64,000 nt of DNA from a bacterium (GTDB lineage Bacteria; UBA10199; 2-02-FULL-44-16; JAAZCA01). The position numbers and the translations under genes are program-made. Below, piece by piece: positions 19,467-33,536 of this stretch (its first letter is position 1; each line of letters opens with the position of its first letter). The stretch lies in the NCBI GenBank assembly GCA_963674695.2, contig CAXXGI010000001.1:448001-512000 (forward strand), in the 5' to 3' direction. The notes beneath the pieces were generated by a model. The model was given only the letters and a program-made list of their open reading frames with translations. It did no database searches and was not told where the DNA came from.

Positions 19467-20618
19467 TCACGGATACGTCGCCACGACGGTGAGGGTGGAC
19501 AGATCGATGATGGAGAGCGTGTTGGACTCGACGTTGCCGATGTAGACATAGCGATCGACGCCGGCGCCGTCCTGATAGAGGGCCAGCGAGAAGGGCTGAC
19601 GACCGACGGTGATCGTCGCATCGACGATGAGGCTGGTGCGATTGACGACCGAAACCGTGTCGTCCTGCATGTTCGTCACCATCGCATAGTCGGTGGTGAG
19701 CAGGACCTCCTGCGGTTGCAGCCCGATCTCAACGATTTGCGTGAGAATCCCTGCATCATCCTTGTCGACATGCACGGTGGTGGTGTTGCCCGCGATCGGC
19801 GTGAGCGTGGAGACATCCAGGACCATGAGAAAACGTTTGTAGGAACCGCCCTCACTCCCCTCGCCGACGACATAGAGCGTGTTGCCATCGATGGCGATCC
19901 CGCGCGGGCTACCGATGTCGCTGATATAGTAATCGACCGGAACGGCATCGCCCGCCCCCGCCTTGTCGAGGTTGAGTACCATCACCCCGCCGAATTCCCG
20001 CGAAAGAAAGGCCTGGTTGTCGCGCACGACGATGTGATTGGCATACGCGTTCGACACGCGACCGCCGGTGTCGAGATCGGTCAGGAGCGAGACGTTCGTC
20101 GGTGTAAGCGCAGTGTCGAGATCGACGTACTGCACCGCATCCAAGCTCGTGGTGATCCAGACGCGCCGCGCCGGATAGCAGCAGGAGATCGCATAGGCAT
20201 CGCGCCCGAGCGTCGATTCTGTATAGGTTGCAAATGCCGCCGACGTCTCATCGAGGTCGAAGGTATAGAGGCGATCGTTCGTCGCCTGCGAGTTCACCGA
20301 ATAGCGATTGGGAATGTAGGCCGTTGTATTGGCGACATCGTAATAGATCTCGCCGGAGTAACTCAGCGTCGGTGTCGTTTGAAGCAGCACCGGCACCAAG
20401 GGATCGGTGATGTCGAGGACCTGAAGAGTCCCTTGCGTCCAGTCGTAGAGGACCTCGCTGTTGGAGTTGACCATATAGAGGCGATTCGCCGCCACATCGA
20501 CGGCCATCGCACTGGGGGTCGCGACGTTCGTGCCGATCGGGGGAAAGATATCACCCGACTGGGCACAGCCCGCCATCAAACACGCCACCGCCATCAGCAT
20601 GCATCGAATCTTCTTCAT
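19467..20618 (-). CDS. YncE/YVTN-like beta-propeller lipoprotein
   Basis: MKKIR signal with lipobox MAGC; propeller repeats (VTNMQDDTVSVVN, TITVGRQP, GNVESNTLSIID); AGGGAG RBS. Confidence 0.8.
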   Translation of the reverse strand: MKKIRCMLMAVACLMAGCAQSGDIFPPIGTNVATPSAMAVDVAANRLYMVNSNSEVLYDWTQGTLQVLDITDPLVPVLLQTTPTLSYSGEIYYDVANTTAYIPNRYSVNSQATNDRLYTFDLDETSAAFATYTESTLGRDAYAISCCYPARRVWITTSLDAVQYVDLDTALTPTNVSLLTDLDTGGRVSNAYANHIVVRDNQAFLSREFGGVMVLNLDKAGAGDAVPVDYYISDIGSPRGIAIDGNTLYVVGEGSEGGSYKRFLMVLDVSTLTPIAGNTTTVHVDKDDAGILTQIVEIGLQPQEVLLTTDYAMVTNMQDDTVSVVNRTSLIVDATITVGRQPFSLALYQDGAGVDRYVYIGNVESNTLSIIDLSTLTVVATYP

Positions 20619-20695
20619 GTGTTGCTCCCTCACTGTACAACCACGATGGACACGAAAGCTCTTTCGCCCTTCGCCCCCTCGCCCTTCACCCCTCG

Positions 20696-23362
<2,667 letters not shown>

Positions 23363-23448
23363 AGTACTCCTCCTTTTTCGTGGTCTCGTGAATTGTGGTC
23401 TCGTGGTCTCGTTCAATCATCAAATCGTAAAATCGCAACAAACACTGT

Positions 23449-24753
<1,305 letters not shown>

Positions 24754-24962
24754 AAGAAACCTCTTCCGAAGGAGTGGATACAGACCGCCCACGCAAAAAA
24801 GTGTGGGAAATCAAGGGCCTCGGCACTAACACGCACCCCGGGAGGCGTCAAGCGCGATCGGCTCAAAAGCACCCGCCCGCGGGGGGAGATGCGGCGCGGA
24901 ATTAGGCGTTGCCCTCCGACCCGCATGCATTATAATGCCCCGAAAACGCAGGGGGTTTTTCC

Positions 24963-26060
24963 ATGAAAGTCGTCGGTATCTTTGCACTCATCGCCGCCAT
25001 CGTCGTCGTCGCCTTCAGCTGTAGCAACGAGGGGGATGGGTTTCTCGCCCGCATCCTCCGTGGAAACTCTGGTGGTTCGGCCGTTCCCGTCACGGTGACC
25101 AACGTGGTCATGCGCGAGCATTCCCCGACCATCACGGTTCCGGCAAAACTCGTTCCGACCGAGCGGGTCGAAGTAAGCCTTCCCGAAGAGGCCACCATCG
25201 ATGCGGTCATGGCATCTGACGGCGATCTGGTCGATGTCGGGGATGCGCTCTTTCGCATCTCGGAGGAGAATACGATCACCAAACTTACGGGGCTGCGCAC
25301 CGATCTGAAGGAGGCGCAGGCGCAGCTCGAAAAGAACTCCTACTTCCTGCGCAACCGCGATCGCCTGCGCGATGAAGGGCGCGTCGACGATACGCAGTAC
25401 GACAACCTCGAATCACAGGTCGATGAAGACGAAGCTGCGGTCGAACGCCAGCAGCAGGAGATCGCACGGCTTGAAGATCGCGCGGGAGAGACCACCATCA
25501 CCGCAACGATCGCCGGCGTGGTGAGCGACAGCAAGGCCGCACCGGCGGCGACCTTCGACGCCAATGCGCCGATCATGGCGATCGAAAAGGTCAACCCGAT
25601 CGAAGCCGAATTTCGCCTGGCCGCATATGAAGCCACGACCGTACGCCCGGGCATGCCGATCCAAATCCGCTTTCGCGAACTCGGCGGCGAGAGGGCCGCG
25701 GGTCGTATCACCTATGTCGGCACAAAACTCGATCCAAAGACAAACACCTTCGACGTGCGCGCCCAAATTCCGAACCCGACCGGCTACTATAAAGTCGGGC
25801 TGAGCGGAGAGGTCGAGTTCACCAGCTCCAAGAAACAGCATTTCGCCATCATCCCCGCCGATGCACTCATCCGCGAACGCCGCCGGTATTTCATCTATAC
25901 CGTCATCAAGGGAGTAGCCCACCGTGTGCAGGTCTTCCCCAACGAGACGCGCGGAAACGAGATTGAAATCACCCGGGGACTTCGCGAAGACGATCTCATC
26001 GTCGTCAAGGGACACGACAAGTTGACCGAAGGCAGCGTCGTGGATATATGGGGAAAGTGA
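24963..26060 (+). CDS. RND efflux periplasmic adaptor (MFP) subunit
   Basis: N-terminal anchor, lipoyl half-motifs, alpha hairpin, LDPKTNTFDVRA, IPADAL, GLREDDLIVVKG. Confidence 0.85.
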   Translation: MKVVGIFALIAAIVVVAFSCSNEGDGFLARILRGNSGGSAVPVTVTNVVMREHSPTITVPAKLVPTERVEVSLPEEATIDAVMASDGDLVDVGDALFRISEENTITKLTGLRTDLKEAQAQLEKNSYFLRNRDRLRDEGRVDDTQYDNLESQVDEDEAAVERQQQEIARLEDRAGETTITATIAGVVSDSKAAPAATFDANAPIMAIEKVNPIEAEFRLAAYEATTVRPGMPIQIRFRELGGERAAGRITYVGTKLDPKTNTFDVRAQIPNPTGYYKVGLSGEVEFTSSKKQHFAIIPADALIRERRRYFIYTVIKGVAHRVQVFPNETRGNEIEITRGLREDDLIVVKGHDKLTEGSVVDIWGK

Positions 26061-26066
26061 AGACAT

Positions 26067-26192
26067 GGTATTTCAATGGATCGATCACAAGCCCCCTCCC
26101 GGGGAAATCAGGTACATCTTCACAGGTGAAGCTTGTTCCAGACGCACCTGATTTCCCCTCGCGGAGACTTGTGATCGATCCATTGAAATACC
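26067..26192. mobile_element. 126-bp foldback/MITE-like element with perfect 25-bp terminal inverted repeats
   Basis: GGTATTTCAATGGATCGATCACAAG...CTTGTGATCGATCCATTGAAATACC, plus inner arms GGGGAAATCAGGT/ACCTGATTTCCCC. Confidence 0.75.
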
Positions 26193-26221
26193 CTCCCGTT
26201 CAACGGTGAAGGTAGAGAATT

Positions 26222-26995
26222 ATGCGGAAAACTATTCTCTTCATCTGCGCATGGCTTCTGCTCGTTCCGTCGGTGGCGCTGGCGAGCCCCAAGGCCGCCT
26301 ATGTCTGGGTGCAGCTCCAGGACGGCTTGAGCTATGCGACCTATTCCTTCTCCAACGGCGAGCGCAACCGCACCACGATCCATGCCTTTCAGATTGACCC
26401 GAAGAAACTCACGATCGATGTCGCGGTGGCCGCCGACGAACAGTCGGGCATGACCGCACGCGAGATGGCGCGAATGACGGGAGCGCTCGTCGCCATCAAC
26501 GGAGGATTCTTCACGCCCCAGCACACCTCGATCGGGCTGATCATCAAAGAGGGCAAGACGATCAACCCGTTGCACAAGACCAGCTGGTGGAGCATCTTCG
26601 CGCTGACGGGAACCAAACCTCGCATCATCTCACCGCGCGACTTCAAGAAGTCGGATGAAACCACGACCGCGCTTCAGGTCGGCCCGAGGCTCGCCATCGA
26701 CGGGAAGATGCCAAAGCTCAAGGAGGGGCTGGCCGCGCGCTCGGCGGTGGGGATCGATCGGAATGGCACGGTCGTCATCGCCATGTCCACCGGCAATGGC
26801 ATTTCGTTGAAAGAGATGGCGCGCCGTATGAGCGCGAGCCGTTTTCAAGGCGGCCTGGAATGTCCGAACGCCATGGCCCTCGATGGCGGCAGCTCTTCAC
26901 AGCTCTATGCCAAGTCAGGCTCCTTCGACCTCTCGCTCCCGAACATGGCCCGCGTCACCAACGGCCTCATCGTCCTGCCGCGCAAATCAAAATAA
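26222..26995 (+). CDS. Phosphodiester glycosidase (NAGPA-like) family exported protein
   Basis: Signal peptide; AINGGFF, QVGPRL, ARSAVG, AMALDGGSSSQL. Confidence 0.88.
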   Translation: MRKTILFICAWLLLVPSVALASPKAAYVWVQLQDGLSYATYSFSNGERNRTTIHAFQIDPKKLTIDVAVAADEQSGMTAREMARMTGALVAINGGFFTPQHTSIGLIIKEGKTINPLHKTSWWSIFALTGTKPRIISPRDFKKSDETTTALQVGPRLAIDGKMPKLKEGLAARSAVGIDRNGTVVIAMSTGNGISLKEMARRMSASRFQGGLECPNAMALDGGSSSQLYAKSGSFDLSLPNMARVTNGLIVLPRKSK

Positions 26996-27006
26996 CACTT
27001 TCGCTG

Positions 27007-27040
27007 CAAAAAAACGCCGCGTTAACGCGGCGTTTTTTTG
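27007..27040. terminator. Bidirectional intrinsic terminator
   Basis: CAAAAAAACGCCGCGTTAACGCGGCGTTTTTTTG perfect palindrome between convergent genes. Confidence 0.85.
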
Positions 27041-27060
27041 TATGAAGGGATGAGAACACA

Positions 27061-28308
27061 TCACTGATTCATCGACATCAGGAACTCCTTGTTCGTCTTG
27101 CAGGGAGCCACCTTGCCGAGCAGAAATTCCATGGCATCGATCTGATTGAGCGGCTGGAGCATCTTGCGCAGGATCCAGACCTTGCCGATCTCCTCTTCGT
27201 TGAGCAGGAGCTCTTCCTTGCGCGTACCGGACTTGTTGATATCCATACAGGGGAAGATGCGCTTCTCCATGAGCTTGCGATCGAGATGGATCTCCATGTT
27301 GCCCGTGCCCTTGAACTCTTCGAAGATCACCTCGTCCATGCGACTGCCCGTATCGATAAGCGCAGTGCCAATGATCGTGAGCGAGCCACCCTCTTCGATG
27401 TTGCGCGCCGCGCCGAAGAAACGCTTCGGTTTGTGCAAGGCGTTGGAATCGACACCACCAGAGAGGATCTTCCCCGAGGGCGGAACCACCGAGTTATAGG
27501 CACGCGCCAAACGCGTGATCGAATCGAGCAGGATCACGACATCCCTGCCGTGTTCGACGAGGCGCTTGGCCTTCTCGATCACCATCTCGGCCACCTGCAC
27601 GTGACGCTGCGCGGGTTCGTCGAAGGTCGAGCTGATCACCTCGGCGTTGACCGAGCGCTGCATATCGGTCACCTCTTCAGGCCGCTCGTCGATGAGCAGG
27701 ACCATCATGAAGACCTCGGGCTGGTTCGTGCAGATGGCGTTGGCCACGTTCTGCAACAGCACCGTCTTACCCGCGCGCGGCGGCGAAACAATCAGCGCGC
27801 GCTGTCCCTTCCCGATGGGCGTGAACAGATCCATGATGCGCGTCGAGTAGTTCTTCGCATCGAACTCGAGCTGCAGACGCTGGTTCGGATAAAGAGGGGT
27901 CAAGTTATCGAAGAGCGTCTTGCCCTTGGACTTCTCCGGCTTATCGCCGTTGAGCATCTCGACCTTGAGGAGCGCAAAATAGCGTTCCCCCTCCTTGGGC
28001 GGCCGAATCTGGCCGGAGATGATATCGCCCGTGCGCAGGCTGAAGCGCCGAATCTGCGACGGCGAAACATAGATATCGTCCGGCCCGGGCAGATAGTTAT
28101 AGTCGGGTGAACGCAGAAACCCGAAACCGTCCGGAAGGGTCTCCAAGACCCCCTCGCCGAAGATGGCGCCGTTCTTTTCGGTGTGGGCCTGCAGAAGCGC
28201 GAAGATGAGTTCCTGCTTGCGCAGCGTCTCCACGCCCTCGATCTTGAACTGCTGAGCCATCTCGACCAGTTCGTTGATCTTCTTCCCCTTCAATTCGTTC
28301 AAATGCAT
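27061..28308 (-). CDS. rho: Transcription termination factor Rho
   Basis: [52 protein letters not shown]. Confidence 0.98.
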   Translation of the reverse strand: MHLNELKGKKINELVEMAQQFKIEGVETLRKQELIFALLQAHTEKNGAIFGEGVLETLPDGFGFLRSPDYNYLPGPDDIYVSPSQIRRFSLRTGDIISGQIRPPKEGERYFALLKVEMLNGDKPEKSKGKTLFDNLTPLYPNQRLQLEFDAKNYSTRIMDLFTPIGKGQRALIVSPPRAGKTVLLQNVANAICTNQPEVFMMVLLIDERPEEVTDMQRSVNAEVISSTFDEPAQRHVQVAEMVIEKAKRLVEHGRDVVILLDSITRLARAYNSVVPPSGKILSGGVDSNALHKPKRFFGAARNIEEGGSLTIIGTALIDTGSRMDEVIFEEFKGTGNMEIHLDRKLMEKRIFPCMDINKSGTRKEELLLNEEEIGKVWILRKMLQPLNQIDAMEFLLGKVAPCKTNKEFLMSMNQ

Positions 28309-28653
28309 GGCAATCCCTTTCGATCCATAAAATGGAAGGTCATGAGGGGTATTGGACGTACTCCCCTCGGAATGAATGTTGCTGATAACATGTGCGTCGT
28401 GTGAACGCTCTGTTTCGCATACGCAGTGAGCAGACCAATCGACACGGTCTTAGCAATCTGGCGATAAATGGCGTGTTGTCGTCGTGGACGTCCTTGAATT
28501 GTCTGGATCGATGATAGTGTGCAGGTGAAAGAAGATTCCCTGAAAAGCGTAGGGAAGTCAAGCAGTTTGAACACCCTTCCGACGGGAGCAGTGTAACCAT
28601 CGAAAAAAATGAGGGTTTTCTCGTTGCCCCGAACACAGAAGGCGTCGATTTCC

Positions 28654-28682
28654 TTGACAAAACAGGCTTGGGTTGATATTGT
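28654..28682 (+). promoter_or_regulatory. Sigma70-type promoter of the dapF operon
   Basis: TTGACA-17 nt-TATTGT with TG extension. Confidence 0.65.
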
Positions 28683-28752
28683 TTGCCAAATTTATTTTTA
28701 TATTTCAACCACTTAGGGACTTATCCCCTAGAAACTCCCCCCGGGAGGAATC

Positions 28753-29601
28753 ATGACCACAGCGACGAAGGGCAAAGGGAAGCTTCGCCCGTTCATCAAG
28801 ATGCATGGTATCGGAAACGACATCATCCTCTTCGACTGCCTCAAGCACAGCATCGCCAACCCCACGCATATGGCCCGAAAGCTCTGCAACCGCCATACCG
28901 GCATCGGTGCCGACCAGCTGGTCTTGCTGAGCAAGTCACGCAAGTGCGACTTCGGGGTCCGCTTCTTCAACCCTGACGGCAGTGAAGCCGAGATGTGCGG
29001 CAACGGCATTCGCTGTGTCGCGCGCTACATCAAAGACGCCAAGCTCAGCGCCAAGAAGGAAATCTGCCTCGAGACATCGGCCGGGCCGCGCACGGTGAAG
29101 CACAAGGGAAAGCTCATCGAAGTGGATATGGGCGAACCCATCATGAAGGGCAAGGAGATCCCCGTGAACCTTTCGGGGCGCGTGGTCAACCGCCCGCTCA
29201 AGACCGAGAACAAAGAGTTTCGCATCACCTGCCTCTCGATGGGCAACCCGCATTGTATCACCTTTCATGAAAACCTCGACGAACTGGCCGTCGACAAGTA
29301 CGGGCCACTGTTGGAGACCTATTCCACCTTTCCGAAGAAGGCCAACATCAGCTTCGTCAACGTCATGAGCAAGAAGGAAATCCACATGCGCGTCTGGGAA
29401 CGCGGCACGGGCGAAACGCTCGGCTGTGGTACGGCCGCGTGCGCCTCGGCGGTGGCTTCGGTACTCAACGGCTTTACCGATCGCAAGGTCACCATCGTCC
29501 TGCCGGGGGGAAAGCTCGAGGTCGAGTGGAGCACGAAGGACAATCACGTCTATATGCGCGGCCCCGCCGAACCGGTCTTCAAGGGCGAGATTCGATTCTG
29601 A
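28753..29601 (+). CDS. dapF: Diaminopimelate epimerase
   Basis: KMHGIGND, GIGADQL, NPDGSEAEMCGNGIRC, SMGNPH, ERGTGETLGCGT. Confidence 0.96.
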   Translation: MTTATKGKGKLRPFIKMHGIGNDIILFDCLKHSIANPTHMARKLCNRHTGIGADQLVLLSKSRKCDFGVRFFNPDGSEAEMCGNGIRCVARYIKDAKLSAKKEICLETSAGPRTVKHKGKLIEVDMGEPIMKGKEIPVNLSGRVVNRPLKTENKEFRITCLSMGNPHCITFHENLDELAVDKYGPLLETYSTFPKKANISFVNVMSKKEIHMRVWERGTGETLGCGTAACASAVASVLNGFTDRKVTIVLPGGKLEVEWSTKDNHVYMRGPAEPVFKGEIRF

Positions 29602-29620
29602 CGAAACCATCAAGGAATCC

Positions 29621-29648
29621 GAAGGGCGCCTGCGGGCGCCCTTTTTTC
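29621..29648 (+). terminator. Intrinsic terminator-like hairpin between dapF and dapA
   Basis: GAAGGGCGCC-TGCG-GGCGCCCTTTTTT. Confidence 0.65.
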
Positions 29649-29668
29649 GAACGAGACAGGAGAACCCC

Positions 29669-30547
29669 ATGACCTTCGAAGGCGCCATGACCGCAATCGT
29701 CACCCCCTTTCGCGACGGCAAGCTCGACGAGGAGGCGCTACGCGAACACATTCGATGGCAGATTGCCTCCGGCATCGACGGCATCATCGTCTGCGGCACG
29801 ACGGGCGAGGCCGCCACGATGGATATCGCCGAACGCACGCGCGCCGTGCACATCGCCGTGGAGGAAGCGGCTGGACGCGTGCCGATCATCGCCGGCACCG
29901 GTTCGAACGCGACGCAAACGACGATTGAATCCTCGCGCCAGGCGGTGGAAGCGGGCGCAGATGCACTGCTGATCGTCACCCCCTATTACAACAAGCCGAC
30001 GCAGGAAGGGCTCTATCAACACTATCGCGCTGTGGCCGAAACAGTGAGCGCACCGATCATCCTCTATAATGTTCCGGGGCGCACCGCCTGCAACATGCTC
30101 GCGGAGACGACACTGCGGCTGGCCGAGGTCGATGCGATCGTCGGTATCAAGGAGGCCAGCGGCGACCTTGAGCAGATCCGAACGATCTGCACGGATGCAC
30201 CGGAGGGGTTTGTCCTGCTCTCAGGAGAAGACGCGCAGAACGAGGCGATCTATCGTCTCGGCGGCCGCGGCTGCATCTCGGTGACAGCAAACGTCGTTCC
30301 CGATCGCGTCGCCCAGGTCTGGCGCACGCATATCGAGGGTGAAGGCGACCGGGCGCAGGCGCTGCAGGAAAAGCTCGTCGAACTCAACCGCGCGATGTTT
30401 TTCGAGACCAACCCAATTCCGGTCAAGACCGCGCTCGCCCTCATGGGCCGCATGGCCGAGGAGTTTCGCCTTCCGCTCACACCGATGGGAGAGGAGAACC
30501 GGGAAAAGCTCATCGCCGTGTTGCGCGCCGAGCAGCTGCTCGCGTAG
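29669..30547 (+). CDS. dapA: 4-hydroxy-tetrahydrodipicolinate synthase
   Basis: AIVTPF, GTTGE, TPYYNKP, LYNVPGRT, GIKEASG, ETNPIPVK; AGGAG RBS before ATG 29669. Confidence 0.96.
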   Translation: MTFEGAMTAIVTPFRDGKLDEEALREHIRWQIASGIDGIIVCGTTGEAATMDIAERTRAVHIAVEEAAGRVPIIAGTGSNATQTTIESSRQAVEAGADALLIVTPYYNKPTQEGLYQHYRAVAETVSAPIILYNVPGRTACNMLAETTLRLAEVDAIVGIKEASGDLEQIRTICTDAPEGFVLLSGEDAQNEAIYRLGGRGCISVTANVVPDRVAQVWRTHIEGEGDRAQALQEKLVELNRAMFFETNPIPVKTALALMGRMAEEFRLPLTPMGEENREKLIAVLRAEQLLA

Positions 30548-30571
30548 ATCACTGAGGAAAAGGGGCCCATC

Positions 30572-31243
30572 ATGTTCACATTCGTCGTCATCGGCGCCAA
30601 AGGTCGGATGGGAAAACGCATCATCGCGTTCATCGAGAAGGCCGACGATTGCGCGCTCGCCGCCGGCGTTGACGTGGGCGATGACATCGCCGCCGCACTC
30701 GCGGGCGCCGATGCCGTCATCGATTTCACGATCGCGGATGCCAGCGCCCACAACGCGGCCATCGCCGCCGATTGCGGCGTCCCCATCGTGATCGGGACGA
30801 CCGGGCAGGATGAAGCGCAGCTCGCGGCCATCCGTGAAGCGTCCCAACACATCCCCGTGGTCCTCGCCCCCAACATGAGCGTGGGCGTGAACGTCCTGTT
30901 CGCCCTCGTCGATCAGGCGACAAAGACCCTGGGAGAGGGATATGCCATCTCCATCGAGGAGACGCACCACGTCCATAAGAAGGACGCGCCCAGCGGTACG
31001 GCCAAACGCCTGGCCGATATTTCCGGCATCGAACTCGGCGATGTCCGCTCGATCCGCGAGGGCGAGGTGGTAGGCGACCATGAGATCGTCTTCGAAAGCC
31101 CCGAGGAAAAACTGATCCTCACCCATCATGCCGTCACGCGCGACGTCTTCGCCCGCGGGGCGATCACCGCCGCGCACTGGATCGTCGGCAAACCGGCCGG
31201 ACTCTATGGGATGAACGATGTCCTGGGATTACAACGACCATAG
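30572..31243 (+). CDS. dapB: 4-hydroxy-tetrahydrodipicolinate reductase
   Basis: GAKGRMG, IDFT, IGTTG, APNMSVG, ETHHVHKKDAPSGTA, FARGA. Confidence 0.95.
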   Translation: MFTFVVIGAKGRMGKRIIAFIEKADDCALAAGVDVGDDIAAALAGADAVIDFTIADASAHNAAIAADCGVPIVIGTTGQDEAQLAAIREASQHIPVVLAPNMSVGVNVLFALVDQATKTLGEGYAISIEETHHVHKKDAPSGTAKRLADISGIELGDVRSIREGEVVGDHEIVFESPEEKLILTHHAVTRDVFARGAITAAHWIVGKPAGLYGMNDVLGLQRP

Positions 31244-31253
31244 ACCAGTTTTT

Positions 31254-31323
31254 TGTCATTCCCGCATGCAGGAAGCAGCCTGCCCGCCGGTTGTGTGGCG
31301 GGGGAATCCAGCCAAAGCCTTTC
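31254..31323. repeat. Palindromic element 5 (partial) with 25-nt nested insertion
   Basis: TGTCATTCCCGCATGCAGGAAGC[25-nt insert]GGGAATCCAGCCAAAGCCTTTC. Confidence 0.85.
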
Positions 31324-31341
31324 ATCCTTCGGGAGATCGAG

Positions 31342-31854
31342 ATGCACATCGCCTACATCGGCCTCGGTTCCAACCTCGGCGATCGCGCTGCACACATCGA
31401 GCGTGCAGTCACACAGCTTGGCGACACCGACGACATCACCGTGACCGCCTGCTCGCCGCTCTATGAGAGCGCGGCGATGCACGGAAAGACGCCCGCCCCG
31501 GACGATCCGCCCTATCTCAACGCCGCCGCCGCGCTCGAAACGACGCTCTCCCCCGAAACACTGCTCGAACGCCTCCTGGAAATTGAGGTCGCGATGGGAC
31601 GCCCCGCCCAACACCAAAAGGACGCTCCCCGCACCATCGACCTGGATCTGCTCTTCTACGACGACCTCGTGCAGGAGGCAAAAACGCTCACCCTCCCCCA
31701 TCCGGAGGCCGGGAAAAGAGTATTTGTCTTGCTTCCCCTGTGTGATATAGCCCCCCTGTTCGTTCATCCGGTCACGAAAGTGAGCGTGCGCACGATGTGC
31801 GAGCGTCTCCAGGCCGAATCGAATATGACCGCAACCCGCTGGAATAAAAAGTGA
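31342..31854 (+). CDS. folK: 2-amino-4-hydroxy-6-hydroxymethyldihydropteridine diphosphokinase
   Basis: AYIGLGSNLG, YLNAA, PRTIDLDLL, LTLPHP, RVFVLLPL. Confidence 0.95.
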   Translation: MHIAYIGLGSNLGDRAAHIERAVTQLGDTDDITVTACSPLYESAAMHGKTPAPDDPPYLNAAAALETTLSPETLLERLLEIEVAMGRPAQHQKDAPRTIDLDLLFYDDLVQEAKTLTLPHPEAGKRVFVLLPLCDIAPLFVHPVTKVSVRTMCERLQAESNMTATRWNKK

Positions 31855-31861
31855 ATCGACG

Positions 31862-32092
31862 ATGCTCCGTATTCTCTTCATCGCTCTCATCATCTATGTC
31901 ATCTGGCGCCTCTGGAAGAAGGCGAGCCGAGCGGCGACCGCACGCCCCGATGCCCCGAGCGCGTCCGGACAGATCGACGCCGGCGAGATGATCGCCTGCG
32001 CCCGCTGCGGCACGTTCGTCCTCAAGAGTGAATCGATCCTGAGCGGTGGAAACCGCTATTGTTCGGAACAATGCCGAGAGAAATTCAACTGA
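31862..32092 (+). CDS. PP0621-like small membrane protein with C-terminal Cys finger
   Basis: N-terminal TM helix; MIACARCGTFV...YCSEQC. Confidence 0.75.
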   Translation: MLRILFIALIIYVIWRLWKKASRAATARPDAPSASGQIDAGEMIACARCGTFVLKSESILSGGNRYCSEQCREKFN

Positions 32093-32110
32093 CACACAAG
32101 GAGATCATTC

Positions 32111-32758
32111 ATGAAGATTTTCATCGACACCGCGAACATCGACGAAATCCGCGAGGCCAACAGCATGGGCGTCCTCGACGGCGTGACCACCAACCCCTCG
32201 CTCGTGGCCAAGACCGGCAAGGACTTCAAGACCGTCACCAAAGAGATCCTCGCGGAGATCCCCGATCGCCCGGTGAGCCTCGAGGTCACTTCCCTCGATG
32301 CCAAGGGCATGATCGAAGAGGCCAAGAAGCTCGCCGACTTGGGTTCCAACGTTATCTGCAAAGTCCCCTCCACCGTCGAGGGACTCAAGGCCGTGAAGGC
32401 CTGTGCCGACATGAACATCAAGACCAACTGCACGCTCTGCTTTCAGTCGAGCCAGGCCATCCTCGTGGCCAAGGCGGGCGCAACCTATGTGAGCCCGTTC
32501 GTCGGACGCCTCGACGACATCACCACCGTCGGCATGGATCTCATCGGCGACATCGTGCAGATCTATGACAACTACGAGGTCGAAACCGAGATCATCGTGG
32601 CCAGCATTCGCAACCCGTTGCACGTGCGCGAAGCCGCACTCTACGGCGCCGACATCTGCACGATCCCGCTGCCGGTCATCAAGCAACTCATGGGCCACCC
32701 CCTCACCGACATCGGCATCGAGAAGTTTCTGAAGGACTGGGATCGCGTACCGAAATAG
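32111..32758 (+). CDS. fsa: Transaldolase / fructose-6-phosphate aldolase family protein
   Basis: [45 protein letters not shown]. Confidence 0.93.
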   Translation: MKIFIDTANIDEIREANSMGVLDGVTTNPSLVAKTGKDFKTVTKEILAEIPDRPVSLEVTSLDAKGMIEEAKKLADLGSNVICKVPSTVEGLKAVKACADMNIKTNCTLCFQSSQAILVAKAGATYVSPFVGRLDDITTVGMDLIGDIVQIYDNYEVETEIIVASIRNPLHVREAALYGADICTIPLPVIKQLMGHPLTDIGIEKFLKDWDRVPK

Positions 32759-32770
32759 ACCGGGGGTTAT

Positions 32771-33355
32771 ATGTCTTTCATCAACGACAAGACCAAAGAG
32801 ATCAACGCCAAGATCGTCTACCAGGGGCCGGCGCAGTGCGGAAAGTCGACGAGTCTGCGCCACATCTATGGCGAGATCCGCAAAGGCGCCAAAGGCGACA
32901 TGATCTCGCTGGCGCAGGACGACGACCGCACGCTCTACTTCGACTTCGTACCCTTGAACCTGGGGCAGGTTGGCGGCTACACCGTGCGCCTCCACCTCTA
33001 TACGGTCCCGGGCGAAGTCGGCTACAGCCAGTCGCGCACACTCATCTCCAAGGGTGTGGATGGCGTGGTCTTCATGGCCGATTCGCAGCTGACCCGCATG
33101 GAGGAGAACATCAAAAGCCTCGCCAATCTCAAGGAGATTCTCGCGAACGAAGGACACGAGTGGGGGGAAGTGCCCGTCGCCTTTCAGTACAACAAGCGCG
33201 ACCTGAAAAACATCATTCCCGCCGCGGAACTGGCGCGCTATCTCAACCCGGACAAATGGCCCGAGTTCGAAACCGTGGCTACCGAGGGCACGAACGTCTT
33301 CGACGCCTTCCGCTCCATCAGCACCCGCGTCCTCAAGGATCTGAAGAATGCATAA
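32771..33355 (+). CDS. mglA: MglA-family small GTPase (variant A21/E82)
   Basis: MSFIN..EINAKIVY.GP..CGK, DRTLYFDF, LYTVPG, GVDGVVF.ADSQ, QYNKRDL; colinear with myxobacterial MglA. Confidence 0.9.
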   Translation: MSFINDKTKEINAKIVYQGPAQCGKSTSLRHIYGEIRKGAKGDMISLAQDDDRTLYFDFVPLNLGQVGGYTVRLHLYTVPGEVGYSQSRTLISKGVDGVVFMADSQLTRMEENIKSLANLKEILANEGHEWGEVPVAFQYNKRDLKNIIPAAELARYLNPDKWPEFETVATEGTNVFDAFRSISTRVLKDLKNA

Positions 33356-33387
33356 GAAACCCTCAAGGCGATCGCAGTGTCCAATCA

Positions 33388-33463
33388 TGTCATTCCGAGC
33401 GTAGTCGAGGAATCTCATGAGATCCCTCCACTCCCTTGTATAACTCGGTCGGTCGGGATGACA
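33388..33463. repeat. Palindromic element 6 (variant arms)
   Basis: TGTCATTCCGAGCGTAGTCGAGGAATCTC...GAGATCCCTCC...GTCGGGATGACA. Confidence 0.8.
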
Positions 33464-33484
33464 TACAACAGGGTTTTCCCCAAC

Positions 33485-33516
33485 GTAAAAGGGCTGCCGT
33501 GAGGCAGCCCTTTTAC
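33485..33516. terminator. Bidirectional intrinsic terminator
   Basis: GTAAAAGGGCTGCC-GTGA-GGCAGCCCTTTTAC. Confidence 0.85.
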
Positions 33517-33536
33517 ATTTTCACTTCTCATCGACT

